Of a stretch of 64,000 nt of DNA, positions 50,396 to 61,002 are shown in pieces (position 1 is the stretch's first letter; each line of letters starts with the position of its first letter). Origin of the DNA: an uncultured delta proteobacterium (GTDB taxonomy: Bacteria; Desulfobacterota; Syntrophia; Syntrophales; UBA2192); contig CAVPJD010000033.1 in assembly GCA_963705165.1 (NCBI GenBank), positions 28,114-92,113 of the forward strand, read 5' to 3'. The notes under the pieces were generated by a model. The model was not told the origin of the DNA and searched no databases. It saw nothing but the letters and a program-made list of their open reading frames with translations. A program made the translations under genes and the position numbers.

Positions 50396-52129
50396 TTAGC
50401 TTGCCGCCGCGCGCTGCGCCGGGAGATTCGTTTCATCCGGGACGATCTTTTTCTCCGGTTCGATCCGGGGAAGCCGTATCGAGAATTGAGTGCCCGATCG
50501 GGCGTCGCTTTGCACGACGACAGCACCCCCGTGGCTCTCCACGATCCGCCTCACGATGGCGAGCCCCAGGCCGCTGCCCCTCTCCTTCGTCGTGTAGAAG
50601 GGCTCCCAGATCTTTTCCAGATCGGCCGCGTCAATCCCGCATCCCGTATCGCCGATCTCGATCCTCACGGCCTGCCTCTCCCCGTCAAGCCCGTCGGGGC
50701 ACGCCGCTACGCTGAGCGTCCCGCCGTCGGGCATGGCCTGCATCGAATTGATCATCAGGTTCAAGAGGATCTGCCGGATCTCGGCGGGATCGCCCATCAC
50801 CCGAAGATCATGCCCGAGGGTTTTCCGGATCTCCACCCGGGGATTCCACTCCGCGCCGACGGTAAGCGACTCGATGACGTCCTCCACGAGCCGGCCGATG
50901 TCAGTCTCCGATCGCCTGCCCAGGTTCGATCGTGCCATGAGGAGGAAGTTTCTCACGAGACTCTCCATCTGGTCCTTCGCCCGGAGAATGACCTGCATGA
51001 GCCTCTCGTCCGTCGGCTCCAGCTTCAGGTCCCGCCGGAGGATCTGGATGGAGCCGCTGATGGACTGAAGCGGTGTCCGCAGTTCGTGTGCAAGCCCCGC
51101 AGCCATCTGGCCGATGAAGGCAAACTGTTTGTTTTTCTCGCCCTCCCGTTCCATCTCCTTGACGGCCGTGAGGTTCTGGAAGATGAGGATGCTGCCGATC
51201 TTCACGCCGCGCTCGAAGAGGGGGGATTCGGAGATACCCAGGATCATCGACTCCCCGGATTTTTTCCGGATCACGACCTCGAATCGCTTCCTTTGACGCT
51301 TCGTCTCTTCAGGCTCTATCGGCGAAATAATGGCCGAGACCCCGGGAAAGATTTCCGCGATGCTGCGGTTGCCGACCTCCCCGAAGGCGTAACCGGAGAT
51401 CTCCTCGGCGGCCCGGTTGAAGGAGCGGATATGGCCCTCGAGGTTGACCGTCAGGATGCCCGTGTCGACGGACTCGATGATGCTGCGGTGCAGAAGATCG
51501 AGCCGGTCGAAGGCCGTAGCCTTTTCCGCCAGCAGGCGCTTGGTCTTGCGCTCCTGCTCGACGACGAAGCTCGTCAGCAGGGCAATAAGGAAAAAGGAGG
51601 CCACATGGGTGATGGCCCGTGTGAGGATGTAACTCCGGGTCAGTTCCCCCCGGGGGACGATCCCCTCGTCATAGAGGAACTCGAAAATGCCCGGGAAGTC
51701 CAGGTTGACGAGCAGCACGTAGCACAGGCTGCTCAGGGCCGCGATAGAGAGCCCTCCCTTCCGGCCCATGAACAGGGTCGAGTAGATGATCACGAGCGAG
51801 TAGAGGACTGAATAGATGCTGTCGATCCCGCCCGTGACCAGGACGGTCCCGGTCACGAAGATCACGTCGAAGACGGACTGGACCGCAATGTTCATCCGGA
51901 GATGCCGGGCCGTTTTGGGCAGGGCCAGACATGCGAGCGAAAAGATGTAGATGGCCGAGATGAGGAAATAGCTGGTCCAGAGATACTCCTCCGGCAGCTG
52001 CCTGACGGCGCGGAACTGGATGAAGATCGTCACGCCGAGGAAATAGGAAACGACGGCGATCCTCGAAAAGACGATCCACCGGGTGTTTCGCTCGACCTGA
52101 TCCTTTTCGAAAAGATGATTTCCCGACAT
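50396..52129 (-). CDS. pilS: Sensor histidine kinase PilS
   Basis: Six TM segments (TGGIDS.YS.LY), PAS domain, AHELRTPL, N/G1/F/G2 boxes; paired with pilR. Confidence 0.9.
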   Translation of the reverse strand: MSGNHLFEKDQVERNTRWIVFSRIAVVSYFLGVTIFIQFRAVRQLPEEYLWTSYFLISAIYIFSLACLALPKTARHLRMNIAVQSVFDVIFVTGTVLVTGGIDSIYSVLYSLVIIYSTLFMGRKGGLSIAALSSLCYVLLVNLDFPGIFEFLYDEGIVPRGELTRSYILTRAITHVASFFLIALLTSFVVEQERKTKRLLAEKATAFDRLDLLHRSIIESVDTGILTVNLEGHIRSFNRAAEEISGYAFGEVGNRSIAEIFPGVSAIISPIEPEETKRQRKRFEVVIRKKSGESMILGISESPLFERGVKIGSILIFQNLTAVKEMEREGEKNKQFAFIGQMAAGLAHELRTPLQSISGSIQILRRDLKLEPTDERLMQVILRAKDQMESLVRNFLLMARSNLGRRSETDIGRLVEDVIESLTVGAEWNPRVEIRKTLGHDLRVMGDPAEIRQILLNLMINSMQAMPDGGTLSVAACPDGLDGERQAVRIEIGDTGCGIDAADLEKIWEPFYTTKERGSGLGLAIVRRIVESHGGAVVVQSDARSGTQFSIRLPRIEPEKKIVPDETNLPAQRAAAS

Positions 52130-52159
52130 TACGCGAAAGTACCCCTCTGACGACTGCTT

Positions 52160-52206
52160 AAATCCCCCCCGCCCCTCTTCGTAAAGGGGGGATCAAAAGG
52201 GGATTT
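52160..52206. repeat. REP-like C/G-run palindrome
   Basis: aaatcccccccgcccctctt cgt aaagggggg...aggggattt. Confidence 0.6.
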
Positions 52207-52342
52207 TTATTCCTCGGCATACGCAGGTTCTAAACAAAAAGGTTTCACCTGTTACTTTCGTCACATTTCCGGCAATCTTTAGCGTTTCCTGCCTCAACCC
52301 GTTGACAGGCGGCCGCGAATGTGTTTTGACCTCAAGCTACGC

Positions 52343-52382
52343 AGGGTATCGGGTCCAGGGTCTAGGGTACAGGGTTTCAGGG
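52343..52382. repeat. Heptamer tandem array (AGGGTYC family)
   Basis: agggtat cgggtcc agggtct agggtac agggttt in the comEC leader. Confidence 0.8.
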
Positions 52383-52415
52383 AATTCCGTTGAATCCGCA
52401 CTGCAGGCATGGCGC

Positions 52416-54892
52416 ATGATCAAGAGACCGCTTCCCGTTCTTCTTCTTTTCTTCATCGGCGGTATCGTACTCGGGTACGCAACCGAAATTCCCCGGCCGT
52501 GGATCCTCGGATCCCTCGCCGCCGGCCTCATTCTATCCCTGTTGTTTTTCGTCGCGCGGCGGCATGCCGCCGCCTTCTGCCTGATCGGGTCCTGTTTCTT
52601 CGCCCTCGGCACCCTGGGGATCAGCATGACCCTGCATGACGACCCCGCCCCGGATCACATCGTGCACTGGGCGGAAAAAGGGAAAATTGTCCTCGACGGG
52701 ATCGTTTCCGAAAATCCGAGGGTCTCCGAGGACAGGACGTCCCTCGTGCTGGAGGCCTCGCGGGTTTCGGGCGAAGGGTTTTCCCGGGGCGTAAGCGGAA
52801 AAATTCTGCTCTCGGTCGGGGAGAACACGCGTCTTTTCAAGGTTGGCGATCTCATCCGGACGGAGACGCGCCTGAGGCACCCTCGAAGCTTCGGGAACCC
52901 CGGCGCCTTCGACTACGAGCGCTACCTCCGGCTTCAGGGGATCCGGGTGAGGGGTTTCGTAAACGACCCCCGGAAGATCGTCCTGATCCGCGAGGGACAG
53001 GGTGATCCCATAAGGCAGGCCCTGGAGCAGTTCCGGACCCGAATCCGCGATCGCATCCGTTCCCAGGCCCCCTTCCCCGAGGGGACCCTCATCCAGGCCA
53101 TGACCCTCGGGGAGCAGAGCGAGATTCCCGCGGGCAATTCAGGACCGGTTCAACCGGACGGGTACCTCCCACATCATCGCCATTTCGGGCTTCAACGTGG
53201 GGATCATCGCCCTGATCTCCTTCTTCCTCATCCGGACGCTGCTGAAAACCTCGGAGTATCCTGCTTCTGCGGTTCAACATCCAGAAGCTCTCGGCCCTGT
53301 TCGCCTTCGCACCCGTTGTCTTCTACGCCTTCGTCGCGGGGCTCGGCATGTCGACGGTGAGGGCCCTGCTCATGACGCTGGCCCTGCTCATCACGATCCT
53401 GATGGGCCGCGGCAGAGACCTCTTCAACACCCTGGCGCTGGCCGCCTTCGTGATCCTGGTTGTCTCCCCGGCCGCCCTTTTCGACATCTCCTTCCAGCTT
53501 TCCTTCACGGCCGTGGCTTCGATCCTGCTTTTCATGCCGGGCATCACGGAGCGCCTGACGGCATGGAAAAACAGAGCGGAAAGACGCCCCGCGAGACTGG
53601 GCAGGAGAATCACCGCCGATCTTCTCCTTTTTGTTGCCGTCTCTGCTGCCTGCACACTGGGCACCCTGCCCTTTATCGTGTACTACTTCAACCGGATATC
53701 CAACATCACCCTCGTGGCCAACCTTCTGCTCGTGCCGATTCTCGGCTTTGTCGTCCTGCCTTTTTCCATGTTGCTCATCATCGTCGCCCCGCTGTCCGAT
53801 ACCCTTTCGGCACTACTTATCGACATCACCACGGTGCTGACCCGTCTTTGCCTGGATCTCAACGACTGGCTCGCCGCCCTCCCGGGGTCGTCTTCGATCA
53901 TCACGACACCGACGATCCCCGAACTTGCGGCCTACTACGTCATCCTGATCTCGGCGGCTCTGCTGTTGGGGCTGCCCGGTCGCACCTCAGGGGAACTCCC
54001 CATCTTCCGGACCCGGCGGAAGGCTCTGGCCGTGATGGCGCTGGCCGTGATCTTCCTGGCCGGCGATGCCGCCTGGCTTCACCGGAAACTTCAGAACCGG
54101 GACACGTTGCGCGTCACCTTCCTCAATGTGGGCCACGCCAGTTGCGCCCTCGTCGAATTCCCCGGCGGAAAACGGATGCTGGTCGACGGCGGCGGTTCCT
54201 ACGACGACCGCTTCGATGTGGGCCGCTACGTCGTCGCCCCCTTCCTCTGGCACGAGCGCATCGGGATCATCGACACGATCGTCCTGACCCACCCCCACCC
54301 GGACCATGTGAATGGACTTCCTTACATTTTGGACAATTTCGACGTGAAGGAAGTATGGACAAACGGCGACGAGTCCATCGTCCACTGGGGCGTACCCCTG
54401 GTGGAAAAGATGAAACAGAAAGGCATCACGCCCCGCCACCTCACCTCGAACTCGGCGCCGGTCGACATGAGCGGCGTGCGCATCGATGTCCTGAACCCAG
54501 GGAAAGGCCCGCCTCCCGGTGAGGATCTCAACGACCGCGAGATCAACGAGCGGGCCCTCGTCTTGCAGCTCCGATGGGGCGATACCGCGTTTCTGCTTCC
54601 CTCGGACATCGGCGAGCCCACCGAGTCGAAGCTCGCTGCCCGTTACAGAACCCTGGCGAGCGGGGTCCTGCTTGCCCCGCACCACGGTTCCGCGAACTCC
54701 AACTCACAGCCCTTCCTCCGTGCCGTCCGACCGGATACGATCGTCATCAGCACCGGGCGCCCCGTCCGCGACGATGTCCTCGAGCGGTACCGGCAGACAG
54801 GGGCCGCCGTCTTCCGCACGGACGTGCACGGGGCCATCCGCATCTCCACGGACGGGCGCCGTTACGAGGTCGTTCCATTCAAAAGCCCATGA
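52416..54892 (+). CDS. comEC: DNA internalization competence protein ComEC/Rec2 (two frameshifts at about 53128 and 53260)
   Basis: DUF4131-like NPGAFDYERYL; FNRTGTSHIIAISGFNV; STVRA; SFQLSF; MBL domain FLNVGH, THPHPDH, PHHGS; three frames join after removing two C residues. Confidence 0.9.
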
Positions 54893-54964
54893 TTTATATT
54901 GCCTTTCAGGAGGTATTATGTTAGCAGTACAGGTTCAAATTCCGCTGTTGGGTGCCATGCCGTC

Positions 54965-56230
54965 ATGAAAATCATCACCGCCGTCAGGGGGTTTAAGGAC
55001 ATCCTGCCGGGCGAATCGGAAAAATGGCAATACGTGGAAGGGAAGGCCCGGGAAATATTCGGGAATTTCGGGTTCCGCGAGATTGTCCTCCCCATCCTGG
55101 AGAAGACGGAGCTCTTCAAGCGCTCGATCGGCGAGACGACGGACATCGTCGAGAAGGAGATGTACACCTTCGTCGACCGCGGGGATGAATCCCTGACGAT
55201 GCGACCCGAGGCGACGGCCTCGATCATGCGGGCCTACCTCGAGCACAGCCTTTACGCGTCGGAAACCCTGGTGAAGCTCTTCACCATCGGTCCCATGTTC
55301 CGTCGCGAACGCCCCCAGAAAGGTCGGTTCCGCCAGTTCAACCAGCTCAATGCGGAACTCCTCGGCTCGAAGGACCCGCGCGTGGATGCCGAGGTCATCC
55401 TGATGCTGATCCACTTCCTGCGCGGCGTCGGTGTTGTCGATGCGCAGCTCGAGATCAATTCCCTGGGCTGCCCGGCCTGCCGCCCGGCCTTCCGTGAGGT
55501 GATCCACACGTACCTGTCCGGAAAGAGCGGCGGTCTCTGTGAAGACTGCCAGAGGCGCCTTTCGACGAACCCGCTTCGGGTCTTCGACTGCAAGGTGGAG
55601 CAATGCCGGGAGATCGTCTCCACGGCACCCCTGCTGATCGAGTTTCTATGCGGTGAGTGCCGCGATCACTTCAGCCAGGTCCAGACGAGCCTTAGGCAGT
55701 TCGAGACCCCCTTCACCGTCAACGCACGGATGGTCCGGGGCCTGGACTACTACACGAAAACCGCCTTCGAGGTCACCACGAACTCCCTGGGCGCCCAGAA
55801 CGCCATCGCGGGAGGCGGCCGTTATGACCGGCTCGTCGAAGACCTGGGAGGCCCCGAGAGCCCGGGGATCGGCTTCGCCGTGGGCCTGGAGAGGCTCGTC
55901 GCCGTGGCCCCCATCCCCGACGAGAGCGTCATCCGGAGACCCGATCTGTTCATCGCCGCCCTGGGAAAGGAAGCGCAGGACTGCGCCTTTTTTCTCTGCA
56001 ACCGCCTGCGGATGGCGGGCGCCCACATTGAGACGGACTACGGGGCACGGAGCCTCAAGAGCCAGATGAAGCGCTCCGACAAGCTGGGCTGCCGCTACAC
56101 GCTCATCCTGGGGGAACGGGAGCTGCAGGAAAAGCAGGCCCTGCTGCGGGACATGAAGGGAAGCGCGCAGCAGACCATCGGGCTCGATGATGCAGAAAGT
56201 ACATTATTGAGCATCCTTTCGAAGAACTGA
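54965..56230 (+). CDS. hisS: Histidine-tRNA ligase
   Basis: VRGFKDILP, KEMYTF, RPEATA, FRRERPQKGRFRQF, RGLDYY, GGGRYD. Confidence 0.98.
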   Translation: MKIITAVRGFKDILPGESEKWQYVEGKAREIFGNFGFREIVLPILEKTELFKRSIGETTDIVEKEMYTFVDRGDESLTMRPEATASIMRAYLEHSLYASETLVKLFTIGPMFRRERPQKGRFRQFNQLNAELLGSKDPRVDAEVILMLIHFLRGVGVVDAQLEINSLGCPACRPAFREVIHTYLSGKSGGLCEDCQRRLSTNPLRVFDCKVEQCREIVSTAPLLIEFLCGECRDHFSQVQTSLRQFETPFTVNARMVRGLDYYTKTAFEVTTNSLGAQNAIAGGGRYDRLVEDLGGPESPGIGFAVGLERLVAVAPIPDESVIRRPDLFIAALGKEAQDCAFFLCNRLRMAGAHIETDYGARSLKSQMKRSDKLGCRYTLILGERELQEKQALLRDMKGSAQQTIGLDDAESTLLSILSKN

Positions 56231-56280
56231 TTATTTTAGGGCGGCTCAAAAATGATTGGATGCAAACCATAAAACAACAG

Positions 56281-56373
56281 AGGGTAAGAGGGTTTGAGGG
56301 TAAGAAGTGGAGAAGCCCAGAACGTTCGTTCACTGATCCAACCCTCTCACCTTCTCATCTTCTTAACTTCTGC
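56281..56373. repeat. Inverted pair of octamer arrays
   Basis: agggtaag agggtttg agggtaag aagtggag ... ccctctca ccttctca tcttctta acttctgc. Confidence 0.75.
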
Positions 56374-56396
56374 CCTTTGAACGGGAGGTAATACCC

Positions 56397-58175
56397 TTGT
56401 CCGACTTCATCTCGAAAATCAAAAGAACCCATTACTGCGGTCACCTCAAGGCGGATGACGCAGGGAAAGAAGTGGTCCTGATGGGCTGGGTGCATCGCCG
56501 CCGCGACCACGGCGGGGTCATCTTCGTCGACCTGCGCGACCGCGAAGGCATCGTGCAGGTCGTCTTCAACCCCGAGGCCCAGGCCGATTCCCACAAGGAG
56601 GCCCACCGCATCCGCAGCGAGTTCGTCCTCGCCCTGAAAGGAACGGTTCGCAAACGCCCGGAGGGAATGGAAAACCCCGAGCTGCCCACCGGCCAGATCG
56701 AGGTGCTCGTCAATACCCTCGACATCCTCAGCGAGGCGAAAACGCCCCCCTTCGTGCTCGATGTCGACATGGAGATCTCGGAAAACATCCGGCTCAAGTA
56801 CCGTTACCTCGATTTGCGCAGACCGGCGCTTCAGCGCAATATCATCCTGCGGAGCCGTGTGGCCGCCGCGACGCGGGAGTACTTCATCTCGCAGGGATTC
56901 ATCGAGGTGGAGACGCCAATGCTCGCGAAAAGCACTCCCGAGGGAGCCCGCGATTACCTGGTGCCCAGCCGCGTCAACCAGGGCACATTCTATGCGCTTC
57001 CCCAGTCACCGCAGACGTTCAAGCAGCTTCTGATGATAGCGGGCTTCGACCGCTATTTTCAGATCGTCAAGTGTTTCCGTGACGAAGACCTGCGGGCCGA
57101 CCGCCAGCCCGAGTTCACGCAGATCGACGTGGAGATGTCCTTCATCAACGAGGAGGACATCATCTCGACCATGGAAGGCCTCATGGCCCACATCTTCAAG
57201 GCCGCGACGGGCCGTGATCTCCAGACCCCCTTCCCGAGGATCACCTACCAGGACGCCATGGAGCGCTACGGCCGTGACAACCCCGACACCCGCTTCGCCA
57301 TGGAGTTGCGCGATGTGACGCAGATCGTGAAGGACTGCGGCTTCAAGGTGTTCAACGAGGTGGCCGCAAGCGGAGGCATCGTCAAGGCCATCCGCATCGA
57401 GGACAACCGGCAGCTTTCCCGCAAGGACATCGACGGCCTGACGAACTTCGTCTCCGATTACGGCGCCAAGGGCCTTGCCTGGGCCCGTGTAAACGCCGAC
57501 GGGTGGACCTCGCCCATCGTGAAGTTTCTCAAGCCCGAAGAGGTGCAGGCCCTCAACAAGGCGATGGAGACCCGCGAGGGCGACCTCATCGTCTTCGTGG
57601 CCGACACCCCCGGGATCGTCAACGACGCCCTGGCGAACCTGCGCATCCACGTGGCCAGAAAGCTCAACCTGATCCAACCCGACCAGCTTGCCTTCACGTG
57701 GGTCGTCGAGTTTCCGCTGCTGGAGTACAGCGACACGGAAAAGCGCTTCGTGGCCAAGCATCACCCCTTCACGTCGCCCGTGGCGGAGGACCTCCCGCTT
57801 CTCGACACGGACCCCGCGAAGGCACGGGCCAGGGCCTACGATCTGGTTTTGAACGGGACTGAGATCGGCGGCGGCAGCATCCGGATCCACCGCACCGAGG
57901 TCCAGCAGAAGCTCTTCCAGACGCTGGGGATGAGTGCGGAAGATTCGCGCAGCAAGTTCGGGTTCCTGCTCGACGCCCTCGAGTACGGAACGCCGCCACA
58001 CGGCGGGATCGCCTTCGGCTTCGACCGCCTGATCATGATCATGACGGGCGCCCCGTCGATCCGGGACGTCATTGCCTTCCCGAAGACCCAGAAGGCAACC
58101 GATGCGATGACCGATGCACCGTCTAAGGTGAGCATCGAGCAGCTCATGGAGCTCTCGCTGAAAATCGTCCAGTAA
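56397..58175 (+). CDS. aspS: Aspartate-tRNA ligase
   Basis: TTG after [49 protein letters not shown]. Confidence 0.98.
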   Translation: MSDFISKIKRTHYCGHLKADDAGKEVVLMGWVHRRRDHGGVIFVDLRDREGIVQVVFNPEAQADSHKEAHRIRSEFVLALKGTVRKRPEGMENPELPTGQIEVLVNTLDILSEAKTPPFVLDVDMEISENIRLKYRYLDLRRPALQRNIILRSRVAAATREYFISQGFIEVETPMLAKSTPEGARDYLVPSRVNQGTFYALPQSPQTFKQLLMIAGFDRYFQIVKCFRDEDLRADRQPEFTQIDVEMSFINEEDIISTMEGLMAHIFKAATGRDLQTPFPRITYQDAMERYGRDNPDTRFAMELRDVTQIVKDCGFKVFNEVAASGGIVKAIRIEDNRQLSRKDIDGLTNFVSDYGAKGLAWARVNADGWTSPIVKFLKPEEVQALNKAMETREGDLIVFVADTPGIVNDALANLRIHVARKLNLIQPDQLAFTWVVEFPLLEYSDTEKRFVAKHHPFTSPVAEDLPLLDTDPAKARARAYDLVLNGTEIGGGSIRIHRTEVQQKLFQTLGMSAEDSRSKFGFLLDALEYGTPPHGGIAFGFDRLIMIMTGAPSIRDVIAFPKTQKATDAMTDAPSKVSIEQLMELSLKIVQ

Positions 58176-58244
58176 GCGGCCGCATGTCCGGCATTACATT
58201 TTTTTCATATTGACAAAGGCGGGGCGATTCTTTATTGATTTTGC

Positions 58245-58497
58245 ATCGTTCACCTTCTCTCGAATCCCGCAGACGGAAAACGGGGGAACGCGGTGAAAAA
58301 GGAAGGGCTTCAACAGTGCTGCAGAGCAGGAACATCAATCGTCGGCTTGAAATGGGTCTGGGTGCGGCATGCCCGAAGGTGGCCGAACCGAAGCCTATGA
58401 TCATTCCGACACGGGATGGGCCCTCCATGACTGGTTGAATCCAATTTCAGGAAGGAAGAGACAAGGGAGGGAACATCAGAGAGTTTCCTCCCTTTTT
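58245..58497 (+). ncRNA. Candidate structured leader (cis-regulatory RNA or sRNA)
   Basis: TTGACA at 58210; several stems; ends in a terminator about 77 nt before the next ATG; family not established. Confidence 0.4.
58463..58497 (+). terminator. Intrinsic terminator upstream of the Re-citrate synthase gene
   Basis: aagggagggaac/gtttcctccctt stem followed by a T-rich tail. Confidence 0.8.
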
Positions 58498-58574
58498 ATT
58501 TGCACCCGGGCTGGGCAGGCGACGGCCGCCCGGATGACTTTCAAACATGCACCGCAGGTGCAGGGAGAACGGAC

Positions 58575-60464
58575 ATGGCAAAGTGGAACAAGGAAAAGAA
58601 GGTCCTCGATCACGAGCACACAAAATTCTGGCGCTATGAGGTAAAGGACGTCGAACAGCCGAACCTCCAGAAGGACGTCTTCCCCTACGACGAGGTCTGC
58701 CGCATCGTCTTCGATCACAAGCTCGTCATGATGAGCCCCGCCGAGGACATCTTCATCACCGACACGACCTTCCGGGACGGCCAGCAGGCCAGGCCACCCT
58801 ACACGGCCAAGCAGATCGCCGACCTGTTCAAGATGATGAGCCGGCTCGGAGGCGAGAAGGGGGTGATCCGCCAGACGGAGTTCTTCCTGTACAGCCAGCG
58901 CGACCGCGAAGCCCTCGAGGCCTGCCGCAGCCAGAACCTGCGCTACCCGGAGATCACCGGCTGGATCCGCGCCGTCAAGGAGGACGTACCCCTGGTCAAG
59001 GAGATGGGCCTCAAGGAGACGGGCATCCTCACATCGGTGTCGGACTATCACATCTTCCTCAAGCTGGGCGTCACACGCAAGCAGGCCATGGAAATGTATC
59101 TCGACGTGGTGCGCTCGATTCTCGAGGCGGGGATCGTCGCCCGGTGCCATTTCGAGGATCTCACCCGGGCGGACATCTACGGGTTCACGATCCCCTTTGC
59201 CATCGAGCTGATGAAGCTGCGCGAGCAGAGCGGCATCGACGTCAAGATCCGCCTCTGCGACACCATGGGCTATGGGATCACCTATCCCGGTGCGGCCCTG
59301 CCCCGGAGCGTGGACAAGATCGTCCGGGCCTTCGTCGAGGACGCGGGGGTCCCCGGGCACCTGCTCGAGTGGCACGGCCACAACGATTTCCACAAGGCCC
59401 TGATCAATGCCACGACGGCGTGGCTCTATGGCTGCAGCGGCGCCAACGGGACCCTGATGGGCATCGGCGAGCGCACGGGAAACCCGCCCGTCGAGGGCCT
59501 CATCTTCGAGTACATCCAGCTTCACGGCGAAAACCACGGGATCGACACGACGGTGATCACGGAGATCGCCGACTACGTCAGGCGGGAGATGAACTTCAAG
59601 ATCGCCCCCAACTACCCCTTTGTCGGCTCCGAGTTCAATGTCACCCGGGCCGGTGTGCACCTCGACGGTCTCGTGAAGAACGAGGAGATCTACAATATCT
59701 TCGACACGACGAAGATCCTGAAACGCCCCATCATGCTCGAGATCACCGACAAGTCGGGCAAGGCGGGGATCGTCCACTGGATCAACTCCCGGCTCGACCT
59801 CAGGAACGGGGAAGTGATCGACAAGCGCCACCCCGGCATCTCGGCAATTCACAAGTGGGTCATGAAGCAGTACGAGGGGGGCCGCATGACGAGCATCTCC
59901 AACGACGAGATGGAGAAGGTCGTCCGCAAGTTCCTCCCCGAGCTCTTCATGTCCGATCTCGAGAAGATCAAGTACCGCGCAGCCCAGGCCGCCGTTGCCG
60001 TTGTGCAGCAGGTGATCGACCATCCCGTCATGAAGGCGATGAATCCGGAGATGCAGGAGCCGATCATGCAGCAGTTCATCGACGAAAACCCCTCGATCCA
60101 GTTCGCCTACGTCGTCGACACGCACGGCAAAAAGATCACTCGCAACATCACCCACATCACGGACCGGGCAAAGTACGAGAACTTCGGCGTCGGTACGGAC
60201 TACTCGAACCGCGAGTGGTTCATTCGGCCCCTGGAGGCCGGCAAGATTCACGTGACGGATTTCTACATCTCCAAGATGACGGGCGCCCTTTGCATCACCG
60301 TCTCGGCGCCCATCGTCGACGAGCATGATGAAATCCGGGGGGTCTTCGGCGTCGACATCCGCTTCGAGGAGTGGACCAAGAGTGTCGACCTCATCTCCGA
60401 GGCCACCGAGCGCGCCTTGAAGTCGGAGTATGAGGCGAAGAAGAAGTCCGATCACTGGTTCTAG
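58575..60464 (+). CDS. Re-citrate synthase (DRE-TIM/LeuA family) with C-terminal Cache-like domain
   Basis: ITDTTFRDGQQ, SVSDYHIF, CHFEDLTRAD, LCDTMG, WHGHNDF, GIGERTGN; C-terminal DYSNREWF...DFYISKMTG...ITVSAPI...GVFGVDI; architecture of the Syntrophus enzyme. Confidence 0.85.
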   Translation: MAKWNKEKKVLDHEHTKFWRYEVKDVEQPNLQKDVFPYDEVCRIVFDHKLVMMSPAEDIFITDTTFRDGQQARPPYTAKQIADLFKMMSRLGGEKGVIRQTEFFLYSQRDREALEACRSQNLRYPEITGWIRAVKEDVPLVKEMGLKETGILTSVSDYHIFLKLGVTRKQAMEMYLDVVRSILEAGIVARCHFEDLTRADIYGFTIPFAIELMKLREQSGIDVKIRLCDTMGYGITYPGAALPRSVDKIVRAFVEDAGVPGHLLEWHGHNDFHKALINATTAWLYGCSGANGTLMGIGERTGNPPVEGLIFEYIQLHGENHGIDTTVITEIADYVRREMNFKIAPNYPFVGSEFNVTRAGVHLDGLVKNEEIYNIFDTTKILKRPIMLEITDKSGKAGIVHWINSRLDLRNGEVIDKRHPGISAIHKWVMKQYEGGRMTSISNDEMEKVVRKFLPELFMSDLEKIKYRAAQAAVAVVQQVIDHPVMKAMNPEMQEPIMQQFIDENPSIQFAYVVDTHGKKITRNITHITDRAKYENFGVGTDYSNREWFIRPLEAGKIHVTDFYISKMTGALCITVSAPIVDEHDEIRGVFGVDIRFEEWTKSVDLISEATERALKSEYEAKKKSDHWF

Positions 60465-60518
60465 CGGGCAGGCGCAAGCGCCTGCGGGCATCAGGCTTCA
60501 GGCGTCGGGTTTCGGGAC
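60465..60518. repeat. Short GCAA-loop hairpin plus heptamer array
   Basis: gcaggcgcaagcgcctgc, then tcaggct tcaggcg tcgggtt tcgggac; the 18-mer 60465-60482 is identical to 32358-32375. Confidence 0.7.
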
Positions 60519-60590
60519 GATGCGGATAATCTGAAGCACAGCCTCTCAAGACATGCTGAGAGACTGTGGATATCAATAAAAAATCAGGAT

Positions 60591-60620
60591 GGGCGGCAAT
60601 GAGAGTTGCCGCCCTTTTTA
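60591..60620 (+). terminator. Intrinsic terminator
   Basis: gggcggcaa/ttgccgccc stem followed by T5. Confidence 0.8.
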
Positions 60621-60803
60621 TTAATCGGTTCATGATATGTTTCAATATTATTGTACTTATACATAATTGTAGATATAATATCATAATATAACGTATATGT
60701 AGTGATATTTGCCCTGCAGGCCGCCATTTCCTTCCCGGATTCATTTCATATTTCACATGTTATATTAGCATGTTACAGCTCATTTTTCGTATTTCTCCCG
60801 GCA

Positions 60804-60819
60804 TGGCACAAGCCTTGAT
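60804..60819 (+). promoter_or_regulatory. Candidate sigma-54 promoter
   Basis: TGGCACAAGCCTTGAT (perfect -24; -12 reads GA instead of GC), downstream of a long AT-rich tract. Confidence 0.55.
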
Positions 60820-61002
60820 CTAGAGAAGATCCAAACGCGGCGCAAAGAGAACGCACTCATGCCGCAGGCCTTGCCGTTCAACCCCCTCGGCCGGGCCTGC
60901 GGCCCCTCCTCCTTCAAACGGTGCTGGGTTTACCGGTGAAGGCGGGTGCCCTCTTCTGGCAACGAATCGCAAGGCCATTAAACCATGAAGGGAGATATTG
61001 AT

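Noticed and set aside
48923..51811. 962-aa plus-strand ORF and other long antisense ORFs (for example 58476-60491, 12865-14496, 26042-27670, 29827-31254)
   Set aside because: They are shadows of well-supported genes on the opposite strand; stop-poor antisense frames are expected with GC-rich codon bias, and they show no motifs.
58300..58460. SRP, 6S, tRNA-Sec, T-box, SAM, TPP, cobalamin or ZTP RNA
   Set aside because: Diagnostic motifs could not be found by eye; only a covariance-model search can exclude them fully.
58548..58562. TGCACC-N3-GGTGCA as an NtrC site
   Set aside because: NtrC sites have a 5-nt spacer; this one lies just before the RBS with no sigma-54 promoter downstream, so it is more likely a small hairpin.
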